Origin: Elsinoe ampelina
Lineage: Eukaryota
DNA: 64,000 nucleotides
Direction: 5' to 3'
Assembly: GCA_010093995.1 (NCBI GenBank)
Contig: ML992503.1
Location: 1,751,356 to 1,815,355 of the forward strand
Shown piece by piece: positions 37,001 to 49,310 of this stretch. The notes below the pieces were generated by a model. It did not search any database. It saw only the letters and a list, made by a program, of their open reading frames with translations, and had not been told where the DNA came from. How positions within the stretch are numbered: the first letter of the stretch is position 1; every line of letters begins with the position of its first letter. Made by a program: the position numbers and the translations under genes.

Positions 37001-37074
37001 TGGTGGTGGATTTGGGAGGGGTGAGGGTGAGTTACTTGGGGCCGCCGGAGAGTAGGAGGGTTGGTGGGGGTTAG
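34039..37074 (+). CDS. Secreted GH115 (4-O-methyl)-alpha-glucuronidase
   Basis: Intronless 1011 aa with signal peptide; 'GADRRGTIYG', 'GVSPWYWWAD', 'PSVKYRGVFLNDE', 'RANYLWPTMW', 'GTSHTEPM', 'YYHVDYVGDPRDYKW', 'NVGDLKP', 'SYLGPPES'. Confidence 0.95.
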   Translation: MNLIKQVRAATLLLTLQSLCSVVFAQQVSFEQADGARLLTDSSTAARIIVDGNDWIGVRRAAGDLAHDFGRVTGQNGSVVLTNQTTSFGNSTSLPIVLGTLGRSTIIDGLVSAGQIDVSRVEGQWESYLIQSASDVPGVGDALVIAGADRRGTIYGIYDLSQQMGVSPWYWWADVGVLQRSAVYATGELKVQPTPSVKYRGVFLNDEQPGLTNWVQTQYPDLPSGSPNFGAAFYSKVFELLLRLRANYLWPTMWASMFYVDDEENGRIADEFGIVMGTSHTEPMARATNEQQNPRFMGGPWSWDTNRENMTEFLRAGAERSKDHETLWTLGMRGHGDNASPTLDASSLESIVQAQQDILKDVLDSPNLENVPMMWCLYKEVGNYFAAGMDVPDDITLLWAEDNWGNAQRLPYGAELERSGGSGLYYHVDYVGDPRDYKWINTISLQKSWSELLQAYQRGAQRIWILNVGDLKPLELPMQHFLDMAYNITLFESPDSTQSWLTQWSSRNFGEDAAQETARILANYSMLAGRRKYELVDARTYSIINYGEADRVLQEWSNIVDAAQRVYDSLDASVQPGFFEMVLHPALAGATVHQIHINTAKNNLYTVQGRSSTNTIASDVLRYFNDDHQLTQRYHELLDGKWSHMLDQTHLNYQYWQQPMRNSLAPLGYVQQQEMSLAGGLGVTAEGNNGTVPGDDNYHALSSNVLTLPPMDPYGPSTRWIDVFSRGNLPVNYNLSASHPSISFSSSSGTLSPNGTVSSTDNRIFVSVDWSLVTNATTMVTINVTASMDLSSSAFINFTRRAYGNFNMPQIMLPLNKTSAPSTFSGFVESDRTLAFEAEHFTSITNSSTTSNGSAYLATIPGYGRTLSGIALLPFTAPSQPISASSPHLTYDIFTFTPSARANVSVWFGPALNTHPQRPLRYAVSVDDAAPTVVQPVPTTVFGSLPGMWSAMVSNAVMGNTTAHDLGTAGAHRVNLWLLEPGLVVQKVVVDLGGVRVSYLGPPESRRVGGG

Positions 37075-37233
37075 ATGGACAAGAGAGGGAAAGAAAGGGA
37101 AGGGTGCAAATGAATAATGATTGTGTTTCTATTGCTTTCTTCGTTTTCTCTAGGGGGGTGACGCGACTGCTTGTTGATCTGGATTTTGACACTTTTAAGA
37201 CACCCACGCTATGCTTCTACTCCTGTGCATGCA

Positions 37234-39008
37234 CTACGACTCCTCCGGAACTCCCTTCTTCTTACGGTCGTCGACGAATTTCTTCCCCTCTGCTTTGAGC
37301 TTCTCATCATCGTCTCTGTCCAATGTGATCTGCGGTATGAGCCACACGGCGAGCAGTGTCGCGAAAGCCGCTAGTCCAGCTAGCGAGAGGAAAATAATCC
37401 TAAACCCGTCCTTGTATCCAGCTAGCACGGCCTGCATCAGCTCTTCCCTACCTTGTGTCGACGAGGTCAGGTCGTTGATGCTGTCTCGCGCATTCAGTAC
37501 CAGTCTGATGTCCTCTGCGGACAGACTCAGTCGTTGTAGCGATAGTCGTAGAGTATTGTTGAGGATTGTGCCGGAAATGGCCAGACCTAGAACACCTCCG
37601 AGTGATCGGAGGAAGCCTCGCGTGCATGTCACGACGGCCATATCTTTCCGTTCGACGCCGGCCTGGAGAGCGACGAGTGAAGGTTGTAGGGTTTGCCCGA
37701 TACCGAAACCGGTGAGGATAGCATAGCCAATTTGCTTACCGAGACCAGTCGTTTCATCGATGGTGCTGTAGAGTCCAAGGCCAATCGACCAGACTACCCA
37801 ACCAAGGAGGATTGACTCCCGATACCGACCTGTCCAATAGACGACCAGGCCAGATGTAGTGCTCGCTACTGTCTGAGTGATTGTGAGGGGGAGAAGCATG
37901 GTAGCCGCTCGGAGTGGAGCATACCCAAGAGCGAGCTGGTAGAATGACGGGATGTAATAGATCTGTACCATTGAGTTCCAGCCGTTGATAAAGTGAGTAA
38001 AGCAAGCGCCGTTGACTAGACCGGACTTGAAGATGTATATCGGTACGAGAGGAAGCTTTGCGCCTTTCCACTGCCAGAGGACGAAAGCGGCAGCTACAAA
38101 GGCGCCAGCGATCAGTGAAGCAATGACATTTGCTGATGACCAGGGATAGTCGCCGCCGGCCCAGATGAGTCCCAGCACGAGAAGAGTGGATGATGAAAGA
38201 ACCAAGAGCATACCTGCCCAGTCGACGGCGCGGAATTTGGTAAGCCAGTGTCCATTGACCTTCTTGAGAGGCATCATAAAGACTACGCAGAGGAATACGA
38301 CGAAAGACAAAGGCAGATTGAGTCGAAAGATCCATCGCCAGGAGTTATCGCCCTGCTCAACGAGCGCACCACCCACCACCGGTCCAACGCCATGGGCAAG
38401 CGCAACCGAAGCACCGAGAATACCTTGCCACTTCCCGCGTTCTCGAAGTGGTACAACATCACTGACGATAGCTTGAGCAACAGTCGCCAGCCCACCACCA
38501 CCCACACCAGTAAAGGCACGAAAGATGATGAGCTGAGTAGCCGTCTGCGCCAAGGACGACGCCAACGACCCGAGGAAAAAGATGACCAGCCCGCCAAGCA
38601 GAACAGTCTTCCGTGACCAGATGTCCGACAGCCGGCCGAAAATCAGGGTGAATGCGGTAGTGGTGACAAAGTAAGCGCCACTGATCCATGCCTGCTTGGA
38701 CCCTGCGCGGAGGTAGCCACTGACGACGGGGAGGGCGGCGGCAAGCGTGTTCTGATCCATGAGAGCGACGAATTCGACAATGGCGCACGCCACGAAGACC
38801 TGCATGTGTCAGTCAGCTGTTGACGTGGAGGGGACACAAGGGTGGCGAGACGTACGGTGACGATTTGCTTGGTAGGCACATAGTTGGTCTGCTCATTGAA
38901 GGCCGGGGGGGAACCATCTCTCGATGTGGAAGGGGAGCTTGTCGTCTCATTTTCGTTGGATGGCACCGCCTTCTCCTCGTCGTTGGGAGGTGGGGGACCG
39001 ACGGTCAT
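37234..39008 (-). CDS. 14-TM DHA2-family MFS efflux transporter
   Basis: 'FNEQTNYVP', 'MDQNTLAAALP', 'GRLSDIWSRK', 'RAFTGVGGGG', 'SDVVPLRERGKWQG', 'WRWIFRLNLP'; one intron near 38855-38800. Confidence 0.9.
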
Positions 39009-40167
39009 AGTAGGTAGAAGATCCAAGTGTGCAATTGCCACCAACGTTGAGGTTGTACAAAGGATGAGATGGGCTTCTTGAAGGCTTTGTCGCCATTATG
39101 AAGACACATTGGGTGAATCTGTATTAGAGTGGCGACATGAAACTAGATTTGGACGATGCATCAGCGGTGGACGATCATCTTGGCGCCAATTATGCAGCGT
39201 CGATAGTTCCGAAGGTATGGTCCATCCGTCGTCCATCAGGGTGGTAACTATGCAGGCAATGGTGCTCGAATAGTGGGAATTGGCGAGCGGCGACCCCGTA
39301 CCAGAGAATCTCGTTATTCCCAGCATATTCTATACATCTTTACTGTCGTTGTAAAGGCCGATATGTTCATGTAAATGTGTCGAATGTCTATGACCTAATT
39401 TCGCGATAGATTGAGGGGTTAAAACAAGAGCATTTGAGCACTTTTGAGAGCGATCTGCCTATTTCAGGGTTCGGGCCGAGCGAAAACCACGAATCAGCGT
39501 GCGGCAAAGAGACCACCATGCTCGAGGGTAAACTCCAAGCACTCCAAGCATGTTTCTTCTTACCTGCGCTTCGAAACATGGTGCACAACCATCGCTTCGC
39601 TTCGGCGTAGCTTCTACTCTTCCGGAAGGGGCAAGAATGCCTCAGTCCCTTGCAGCCACACTCGAGCGATTTTTGCGGTTTCGTTGACAAACGCTCCACT
39701 GTGCTGCAGCTCAGCGAGGCCATCTTGGTGACAGAAAGCTGACCAGGTTGGTCAATCACGTCCAGTTCCAGGCAATGTTTGCACAAAAACGTGGGAGCAT
39801 GGTTGTGTTCGTGGCTTGGTAGCTCGGTATATCTCTTGGCCGCAGGTGATCGACTCCACCCCGAGGGTTACTTTCCGACTACGTATGCCTGACCGGGCAG
39901 GTGTACGACAGGTCAGGCGATGCTAAGTTGGCTAGTCGTTAGAAACCAAGATTGCCAGTGTCGTTGTGGATGAATAAGAATTGGGTCAATGGGCATGATC
40001 GACATGATCCGTAACACTGCCTGACCGACTTACCATTTAAACCATGTGCTCGCTGTGATTATGGTGTGCTTGAGAAGTGACAGAGAATAGGTCCATAAAG
40101 ACTGCCCTCTCCGCTTATATTCTGGAGATCATCACCGCCCAATACCCCTGGCAATTCATCAGTCATC

Positions 40168-41912
40168 ATGGTCGTCTCAAACCCTCAAGCCAACTTCTAT
40201 GCTGGACCGGACTCATTGAAGCAGTACTACAACCCGGATATCGCCCCTCCTCTACCTCTTGTGGAGATACCAGACAGTCTGAATCCATATCGACAGGATG
40301 GAGTGCGAATATATGCAAAGATGATGACCATGTTGCCAGCCCACAATGTCAAGGCTCTTCCAGGTAGGTAGTCCTCTTTCGCACTTCTGCCAGTGCTGAC
40401 CAACATAGCTTTGAATCTGCTTTCTCAAGTATCGAGAGAGAAGACGGACACCATTGTCGAGTACAGCTCTGGTAGCACAGTCATATCCATGTCGATACTA
40501 GGACGTGTATTACACAACCTCGAGGACACTCGGGCGTACTTGAGTAACAAGACGAGTGGTGCCAAACTTCGACTGATGCAATTCTTTGGGCTGGACCTGA
40601 CGCTTTTTGGCGGACCCTCTCAGCCTGAACCGTACGACCCCCGAGGAGGAATCCAGGCTGCCCGGGAGGATGCTGTTCTGGAGTCGCGCTACCACAACCC
40701 AAACCAGTACGAGAATAATGCCAATTGGCAGGCACATCTCAAATGGACCGGACCACAAATCATCTCGCAGCTGCCTGAGGTGAGCGTGGTGTGCGCTGGC
40801 ATGGGCACGAGTGGTACCATGACTGGGATCGGCACCTTCTTCAAGCAGGCTAAGCCTAGCGTATGTCGAGTGGGTGTGTGTACAGCAGCGGGCGATCGAG
40901 TGCCAGGTCCGCGGTCGTTGGCTTTACTGGAGCCAGTCGAGTTCCCATGGCGCAACGCGGTCGATGTGATTGAGCATGTTGGATCCAAGGAGTCATACAC
41001 ACTGTCCATGGATCTTTCGAGGCAAGGACTTGTGTGTGGGCCGTCTTCAGGATTCAATTTGCAGGGTGAGTTGCCTCCATGCCGGCATTCGGATTCCCGA
41101 CTGATCATGCAGGGTTGTATCAATTCCTCGAGAAGCACAAGCAGAACGGCACCATGGACAGTATCCGATCCGCAGATGGGTCTGTGCATTGTGTCTTCCT
41201 CTGTTGTGACCTCCCTTACCAGTACATCGACGAGTATTTCACCAAGCTTGGACCGGAAGCTTTCCCCGAGATTCACAACCAAGAATTGACGGCTGTGGAC
41301 TTGTATCGTTATGATGACGCCTGGGAGATTGCACCCGAAGACGCTCTCGAACGCTTCATGAAGCGGTTCTCATCGTCAGTGATACTGCCGCAGGGTGTGG
41401 TCATCGACTTTAGAGAGAAGGAAGACTTTGAAAGCTCTCACTTCCCGTTTGCCAACAACCTGAACCTGGAGTCGATATCTCGAAACACACCGTCGCCATT
41501 CAAGGACACACAGGCGTTGTGTGGCCAATGGCGAGAGCTGGAGAAAATGTTCGAAGACAAGTCCCAAGCTGCCGGGGCGGCGGCATTCATGAGATTGTTG
41601 GACGATGAGCCCAGTAGACTCGATCGACTGAGGAACAAGCCGGTGTTGGCCATCTGCTACGATGGCAACACGGCACGAGTCGCGACGAGTGTGCTACGTG
41701 CCAAGGGGGTCGAAGCCTGGAGTGTGGCAGGAGGTTGGACAGCTTTCGAGGAGTATGCCAAGTCGTACCGCGAGAAGCAGCCGTCGACGGCGGTGTCAAG
41801 ACAGACGGGCGAGCCGATGGAGCGGAGTGATAGTGGGTGGGACGAGTCCAAGAGCGGCAAAGCGGAAGAGCGCAGGGACTCTGGCCGATCGTCTCCGCTG
41901 AGGGTTTGTTAG
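40168..41912 (+). CDS. PLP-dependent cysteine synthase-like protein fused to a C-terminal rhodanese domain
   Basis: PLP Lys in 'AHNVKALP', 'EYSSGST', 'NQYEN', 'GMGTSGT', 'GPSSG'; C-terminal 'VIDFR...FESSHF...AICYDGNTARVATSVLRAKGVEAWSVAGG'. Introns 40364-40408 and 41066-41112. Confidence 0.85.
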
Positions 41913-42756
41913 ACATCGTTCACGCCCACGGATGCCGGAAGGAATGCTTCCAGCGTTGGTTTCTGAATCTGAAGGACATTGCCACGTGCGAGATGGAGCC
42001 TTGGAGGCCTTGTTACGCCATTTTTGAGAGCAAAAGTCATGATGAAACACGTTTTATTCAGCCTTACAGTGATGTGGTTGATAAGATTTCGAGCCATGTG
42101 GGTGAACACTGAAGGCGTGAAAGGACCCGGGATCTTTGGTCTTCTGCTGGCTCCAGGTCCATGATTCGTGCGGAAATGAATGACATCCGGGACCCTTGTT
42201 CTATCTATCTATCCAGTGTCTGTGCAAATTCATCTATTCAGCTGTCAAAAGGCAAACTTGACAGGTCTAGATCTGTATGATCCGTCGTCTGCCACGCCGC
42301 ATGAAGGCAATAAGCAGGTCGCGTGGCATGGACCAGGGTACGAACGATGAATGCAGCAGTAGCTGATCGTAGCTGGGCATCGCTGATGTGTCAAATCATC
42401 ATTAGAGTTGCATTCATCCTGATCTTCGTGCCTGTCCTGCATCCGAGGCGGATTAGTGGACGGCTAGCTACCAGTCCAGCATATTTTTAGCCCTTTATGC
42501 CTCTTTGCATTCTCCGAAACACGGGACCCATTACCTCGCACTAGACATGTCCAGCTGCTGCCACGATACGGAAGGTCAGAGAGGTGGGTAGCGAGATGCC
42601 GTTGTCGATCTTTGCTGTCACACATGCACATGCGATGCCTGTCTGCTAGTCAGGTTGGTGTCCTGAACCTCTGTTCATAATCCTGTCCCTTCCATCCTTC
42701 GTCCCATAATCTCCACCACCGTCTTCGAAGGTCAGAGACGCCTTCAACATAATATC

Positions 42757-44649
42757 ATGGCTTCCGCGCCGACCCCGAGCAGTACGGGCGCTGCTCGCTA
42801 TATGAATATACCCGGTCAGACACTATACTCGGCGCACACGATATCCTCCGCCCCGCAAGCCATGACCGGTGGGCCGGGTGGTATGGGTCTGCCCTTGAAC
42901 ATAGTCTCCCTCATAATAGCTCAGGTACGTCAATTGCTCGCTCTCGAGATCCTGGCTGACCAACATCTTAGATTGACAACCTCGGCGATGTATCGCGATT
43001 ATGCAGGACTTCGCGCCTGCTGTACTACATGGCTCTCCCGAAGCTGTACGAGAATGTCACGCTGCGATCCTATACCGAAGTACGGAGAGTGAACGGTAGA
43101 GTAGAGGGCTTAGGAGGAGGGTCACCGATCTGTACGGCGCTGGGAGCTTTAGCAACAAGTCAAGCAGCGTCAGTGGTCAAACACCTGCTTGTACAAGGAT
43201 CATGGAAAGAGACAGATGAGTACATGTTGGGGCGGATACCAGACGCTACTGTACTGCTGAGTATAGCAGTACGCGCAGCAATTGACAAGATGGTCAATAT
43301 GCATAGTTTCTCGTACGTCTCGTGCCCTTGCCCGGGTGTGGACATGTTCTTACCTTCCCAGATGGACCTTGGACACCAAGCCACTCCGATCGATATACCA
43401 AGGGCTTACCCTCAGACCAAGTCTGACATCCTTCACACTCGAGTTCCCCTCCTCAAGAACGCCGAGACCAGTCCTGCTCGTTCCTCCAATCCCCAGCCTC
43501 AAATCCTTCACAGTCCGCAATCTGGACCCTCTTTGCTACAACGACGACGTCTCTCACCTCATCTACGGCTCCCGCAACCTCGTCGACCTCACCATCCACT
43601 TCAGCCCCCGTATGCGCCTGGAAGCCGAATGCAGTGCATCCCTCAGCACCTACTTCGGCCGCTGCATCCAAGCCGGCTACAAAATCCCCATCCAAAAGAT
43701 CATGATGCAAAACTTCTACGGGCCCAACCGGGGCCAACTCTACCAAGCCATGATGCAGGAAACCATGGTCTCATCGCACTTCCTCGACATGTTCGGCGGC
43801 GCCCACGGCCCGCGTACCAACGTCTTCATCGACGAAACCTGGCGCCGCATCCCCCCAGTCCTCCACTTCAACTGGAAAATTCACCGCTCCAACGAGCTCG
43901 CAATGCAACACACTCGCATCCTCCGCGGCTTCCACGGCCTCGAAGAACTCTACCTCGTCTCCCGCTCCCTACAAACCATCTCCTCCCCGCCCCCCGCGCA
44001 AATCGACTCCCCCACATCCCCACTCAACCCCCTCGCCCCTCCCACCGGCAGCAAAACCTCCTCCCCAACCCCGACCCACCACTCCTCCTCCTCCCCCTCC
44101 GCCCCCTCCCCCTCCTCCGCCCCAGCCATGGACCCCTCCTTCCTCCCTGGCGCAGAAGTCGACGCTCTAGGCGCAGAGTACCTCGACGCCATCCTCTCCT
44201 CGCACGGCACAACCCTGCACACGCTCCTCCTCTTCGACAAATTCGGCCTCGACGAGTCGCAGATCGCCGACATGGCGGCCCGAGCCCCACACGTGCGCCA
44301 CCTCGGCGTCGCCCTCCAAGGCAAGGAAGGCGTCTTCCGCAAACTCATCCCTTCGTTCCCGAACCTGCGCTCGTTGAGGATCCTGGAGAATGATCTCATC
44401 CGACGCCTGGGCGTTTTTGAGGAGGAGAATCTCGCCGAGGTGTGCAAGGAGTTTGGGAGGCAGGTTGTGCGGTGCGGGAATGAGGGGTTGAGGTGGATTG
44501 GGATCGGGGAGTTGGTGTTCAAGGTCGGGAGGAGGGAGGAGTTTGAGGTGTCCAAGGGCGGGAGGGAGGTGAGGGCTGTTTTGGAGAGGAGGACGTGGGG
44601 GGATGTGGAGGGGTTGGGGTTGTGGGATATGGATAAGTTGGAGTTGTGA
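42757..44649 (+). CDS. F-box-like / RNI-LRR protein
   Basis: 'LPLNIVSLIIAQ|IDNLGDVSRLCRTSRLLYYMALPKLY', followed by LRR-like 'LTSFTLEFP', 'LKSFTVRNLDP', 'FPNLRSLRIL'; two introns. Confidence 0.75.
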
Positions 44650-44964
44650 ATGGAGGGTGGATGTATGTTAAGATTGGGATGAGGGATGGGGAGAGGGTGA
44701 TGATTGATGAATTGCATATTGATAGCGAAGAACATCGACAGATATGAACATGGATTTCAAATGGTGAATGGTATTCGATTAATTCATTGCTTGCAAAGAA
44801 GCATGTCTGCCGTGTCTGTCGAGGCAAAGGAAGTCAACTATGCACCGCACATGTCGCTCAACATAATCCGCCCTCTATAGACTAGCGCCGGGATATCCTT
44901 CCTGTCCGAGTGTTGCCGTCCTCTTGCTTTCCTGAATCATCAAACTACTGCTCCAGGAACATGT

Positions 44965-46796
44965 CTACTCTCGTGACACATCGCGACCAAACATCTTCGC
45001 CTTGGCCCAGTCCATGATGACAAGGATTCGGTTCCTCGCTGGTCATTGTCAGCTTCTATCTCTAAAACAATACACGACGCACTTACTGCTAAAGCACATG
45101 CTCAAGTACGCACTTCTCCAGAACAAGTACGTCAAGCTGCCACCAGTAGCCACGTTGCCGGTCAACCAGCTGATGTCTGCCACAGCCTTCTCGCTGCCAA
45201 TGTATGCGAGACTGCCCTGGTGCGAGTACTCGAATGGCCCGATCGTCTTGACTCGACGCAGGCGCTTCTGCAACTCTTTAATCGAGTTGAGAGCCTGATC
45301 GCGTGCCTCTTTGCCCTGCGCCGTCGCCTGCGCCTCGGAAAAGTGTGCCAGTTCTGATTCGATCGCTGCCGTCTTTGCCATCTGGTTGAACATGCGCGCG
45401 AGGAAAGCACCTTCTTGGCTCGCTACTTGAGCGGTCGGGGCGTAGTTGGCCACGGCACAGTCGCCAACAGCCCAAACGTTCTCGGTACCCTTTACCACGA
45501 GGTATTCGTTGACGAGCAGACCGCGACGAGATTCCTTTTGCGCTGGCAGCTGAGACATAAGATCCTTGACGAGAGGACGGACAGCATTGCCAGTAGCCCA
45601 GACCAGAAGACCATATGGGATGCGCTCAAGAATCTTCTTGCCGTCTGGACCTGTCGATTCAGCCTCGATATACGCATCCGTGACGTTCTTGACCATGGTC
45701 TTTGTCTTGATCTCGATCGTCTCCTCCTTGAACGTCTTCTCAGTGTAGTCGATCAATTGCTTGGAGAATGAAGGAAGAACGTTGGGCAGGGCTTCGACCA
45801 GAGTGACGTGAAAGTTGTTGCTGATCTCGGGAATCCATTTGCGCAGGTCGTGCTCGAAAAAGTCCTGGAGTTCGCCAGCAAACTCGACACCAGTAGGGCC
45901 TCCACCGACGACGACCATGTGTAGCAGTCTCTTGACCTCTTCAGGGCTTTGACCCTTGAAAGTGGCGGTTTCCACGCAGTCCATAATTCTTGTCCGGATC
46001 TTCTGTGCATCGCCAACCTCTTTCAAGAACAGACTGTGCTCGCGCACACCTGGGATGCCAAAGGTAGCGTTCTCGGCTCCGACGCCCACCACGAGCATGT
46101 CGAAAGGTACCTCGGTATCGGTGCTCGCGCCCTTGATCTCGGAGTCATCCTTGCAGTAGACAATCTTCTTCTCATAGTCGATCTTGGTAGCTTCGGCTTC
46201 GTAGAATTTGACGGCGGCCTTCTTGTGGCGGAGGAAGTTGCGGACTGGTTCCATGATGCTGCGGTGCTCGACTTGACCGGTCGTGCAAGAGGGCAGGAGG
46301 GGAGTGAAGAGGAAATAGTTGCGAGGAGAGATGACGACGACATTGTAATTTTCGGTATCGAGCTTCTTGAGGAGCGAGACTGATCCCCATCCGGTGCCTG
46401 GTGTGAGGGTCAGCCGTGCTACAGTGTTGTTTCCTGCTATTTTCACTTACCGAGGACCACGAGTGTCTTCTTGCTTGGATCCGGCTCGGCCTGTTCCAGG
46501 GGCATTCTGCTCTCGTAGATGCCATAGCCAATGTATCCTAAGCCGGCGAGTGCTGAGAGGTACGTCAATCGCCACAGAAGCTTGAGCTTGCTAATGCGCT
46601 TCTTGGGCGCTGGAGGCACATCGGCGTAGGATCGAGACTGTCTGAAGGCATTGCGAGAGATCTGCGAGGCTACTGTTGGTCGCGTAGGGATGGTTGATTG
46701 CTGTACTCGGGAGGAGAAAGCTCTTGAGGACTTGTTGGGGGTGAGGACCTGTCGGACCGCGGTGGCCAGTGGCCTCAGAGTCGCCGGGCGCGACAT
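44965..46796 (-). CDS. NDE1: External alternative NADH:ubiquinone oxidoreductase (type II)
   Basis: Mitochondrial presequence plus TM helix; 'VVLG|TGWG', 'SPRNYFLFTPLLPS', 'VVGGGPTGVEFAGE', 'AVGDC', 'PTAQVA', 'WRSAYL', C-terminal 'FGRDVSRE'. Confidence 0.93.
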
Positions 46797-47350
46797 TTGT
46801 AGCCCTTGCTGCCCAGAACCAGGTCAATGGTATGGGAGTGGAGAGGACTTGATGTCAAGAGTGGAGAGGCAGTCGTGGAGGATGTGAGAGATGATGAAAG
46901 AGTAAGCCGCCCTAGATTCGAGAAAAAAGATAAGGTAGCGGGTCCGATAAAACAAAACCTGTGATATCAGCCAGAGTTTCTGATCTTTTTGGTGACGGCA
47001 GACAGGGACACAGGGCGGACTCAGGGAGCTTGGGCCAGCACCACCAAAACCCGAATGCTTGGTTGAAAAAAATAATTATTAGAATTGTCGTTGGCAGAAA
47101 AGAGCCCACGAGCCAAAACCCCGTCGGGACATGTCGGTTCATTCAGATTTGAGACGGTTGGATCTCAACCAGATTTCAAAATAGCCACGCTATGGCCCTA
47201 TGGTCCTATGGAAGATCCCTTCACCCGTCGGCCATACGCCCGATTCCTCGACGGAGAACTCCCCCCCGGACTCGTGACGAAGGCAATGGCAGCAGCATGG
47301 AACCGACTTTGTGAAACATCGGCTTCAAATCACCATCTATCCTCCCAGTG

Positions 47351-49310
47351 TTATAAGGTCCCGCCATTGACCCCGTTCCCTGTCGACCACATACTCGTCC
47401 CATCATTATACCCATTATCCATATGCGGCGCCAGAGCGAATTCAATGTCTCCTGTAAACGCATTCATGTCCATCAGGTTCCCAAACATCATGTCCATATC
47501 TGCAAAGGCCCCATAGCCCATGTTCGAAACGTCATTGAACCCACTCCCATTGGTGCTGAACATGTTCTGCCCGGTAGGTATGTCTTTGGAGTTGATGAAC
47601 GACTCCGGCGTCGGTATTTGAGTAGTGCTCACTGTGTTGATGTGTGAGCTTGTCGTCGAGCCGCTTGCGTTGTGACCCTTTTCTTGCTTGTCGCCGATTG
47701 CATTGCACCGTCGGAACTCTCGAAGCACTCTTTGGCTTTTACGAGCCATACTCTTTGCTGCGTACCAGCAGGACGACATCGCTTGGAGCTGCTCCTGGAA
47801 GTGTGCCAGCTTCTCCTCGGCAATGTCTCGATGTACTTGTCGTTGACTGCATCGGTATTGCTGATACGCTACCAAAGTAGCCAGGCAATAGGCGTACGGC
47901 ACGACTGGCAGCGGAGCAAGATCTTGAGCTGGGACGCATTTCGATATCGAGTACACGGTCGCTGCCGAGAGGTATCGACGCAGCGAAGAAGCAAATGCTC
48001 GCTTGCGTCCAACGAGGAACTTGATCCTGCAGGAAAGCATAGAGACAGAGTGGTAGAAGAGCTCGAGCGTGGCTGTCACAGGTCAATACAGAATCAATCA
48101 AAGGACGAACGGGTCACTTACTCAAAAATCCTTCATCCACCCCTTTGATGTCCTCCTCTTCCAGCAAGAACTCCCACCTGGGAAAGTCTTTGATGTGACT
48201 CTCGGTATCAACACACGGCCTGGGGTTGTATAGATCGTTGACCGAAGATAACAGTCTTGCAATCTTCAGCCACAAGCGGCCAGGAGTGTCGAATAGCTTG
48301 AGCGAGTCGTTGAAATCCAGTCCGACATCCATTTCATATGACATGCGCGGCCGACCGTTCGATGCAGCACTCAGCTTGTCCCAGCTCCATATACACCAGA
48401 AAAGTCGGGCATTGTCTTCAGCAACCTTTTCTTCGGCGTGTCGGTTGAGATGAATGCCAACAGTGTAAGCATGATGGATCGCCTCGCTCAGATGCATCGA
48501 GGCTTCTTCGGGTCCTTCCGGACCCTCTTGATGCATCGATATCAGGGTCAATATTCTAATGAGGTCCAGTCGATCAAAGTTCCGCCACTTGCGGACTCGT
48601 GCTTCAATGATCCTGTGAAGCTTCTTGGTGAACATTGCGACCGGTAATGCCGAGGGGTTGGTTGAGAAGCGAAGATGTGTTCTCGCCCGCTCATCTTTAG
48701 CGGCGACGAGACATATAGCAAAAGCCAATGTCTCATTCATTCTCATCGCTGCGTCAATATTGGTGTGAGCGGCCTCCAGCATCGGGAACAGAGGCTGGAC
48801 TCGAGCAATGAAGACGGACAGCAACGCCCGCTTGTCCTCGTCCCTGATGAGAGGGCCTTTTGCCGCGTTGGCTTCCGCGGTATCGTGATGGCTTTGATCA
48901 GAGTCTGCGGCATCTTCGTCTGCAGAATCAAGCCAGATGCCCACTCCGTCTCGATCGCGTCTCTCCGACGGGTCATCCTGTTCGAGCTCCAGATTGGCTT
49001 CGGCGTGAGTGTCGCCCACGAATCGTGAGGATCGGGATGGTATTGATGGTCTGTGTGAGGAAGGCGAGGTCGTGCTTGTGCCACCCTGCCCTGGTGACGG
49101 ATTGCTTGGACGCTTCAGTGGCGTCGGGGGTGAGAAGAGTGGTATCTCCGGTCGTGATACGTCGTTGCTGGACAGCTGAGAGATGTCTTCTGCTTCACCG
49201 TCCTCACCATGATAACATCGCTTCTTTCGCTTCTTGCATGATTCGCAGGCTCCGTGAGGTCGCTTTCGTTTTAGATCCTTCGCATCGGAAGCAACAAACT
49301 TGTATTCCAT
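47351..49310 (-). CDS. Fungal-specific transcription factor (Fungal_trans domain) with truncated Zn cluster
   Basis: 'KRKRPHGACESCKKRKKRCYH', 'RFVGD', 'VQPLFPML', 'AYTVGIH', 'RLFWCIWSWDKL..ASNGRP', 'PLPVVPYA'; one intron near 48119-48081. Confidence 0.85.
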
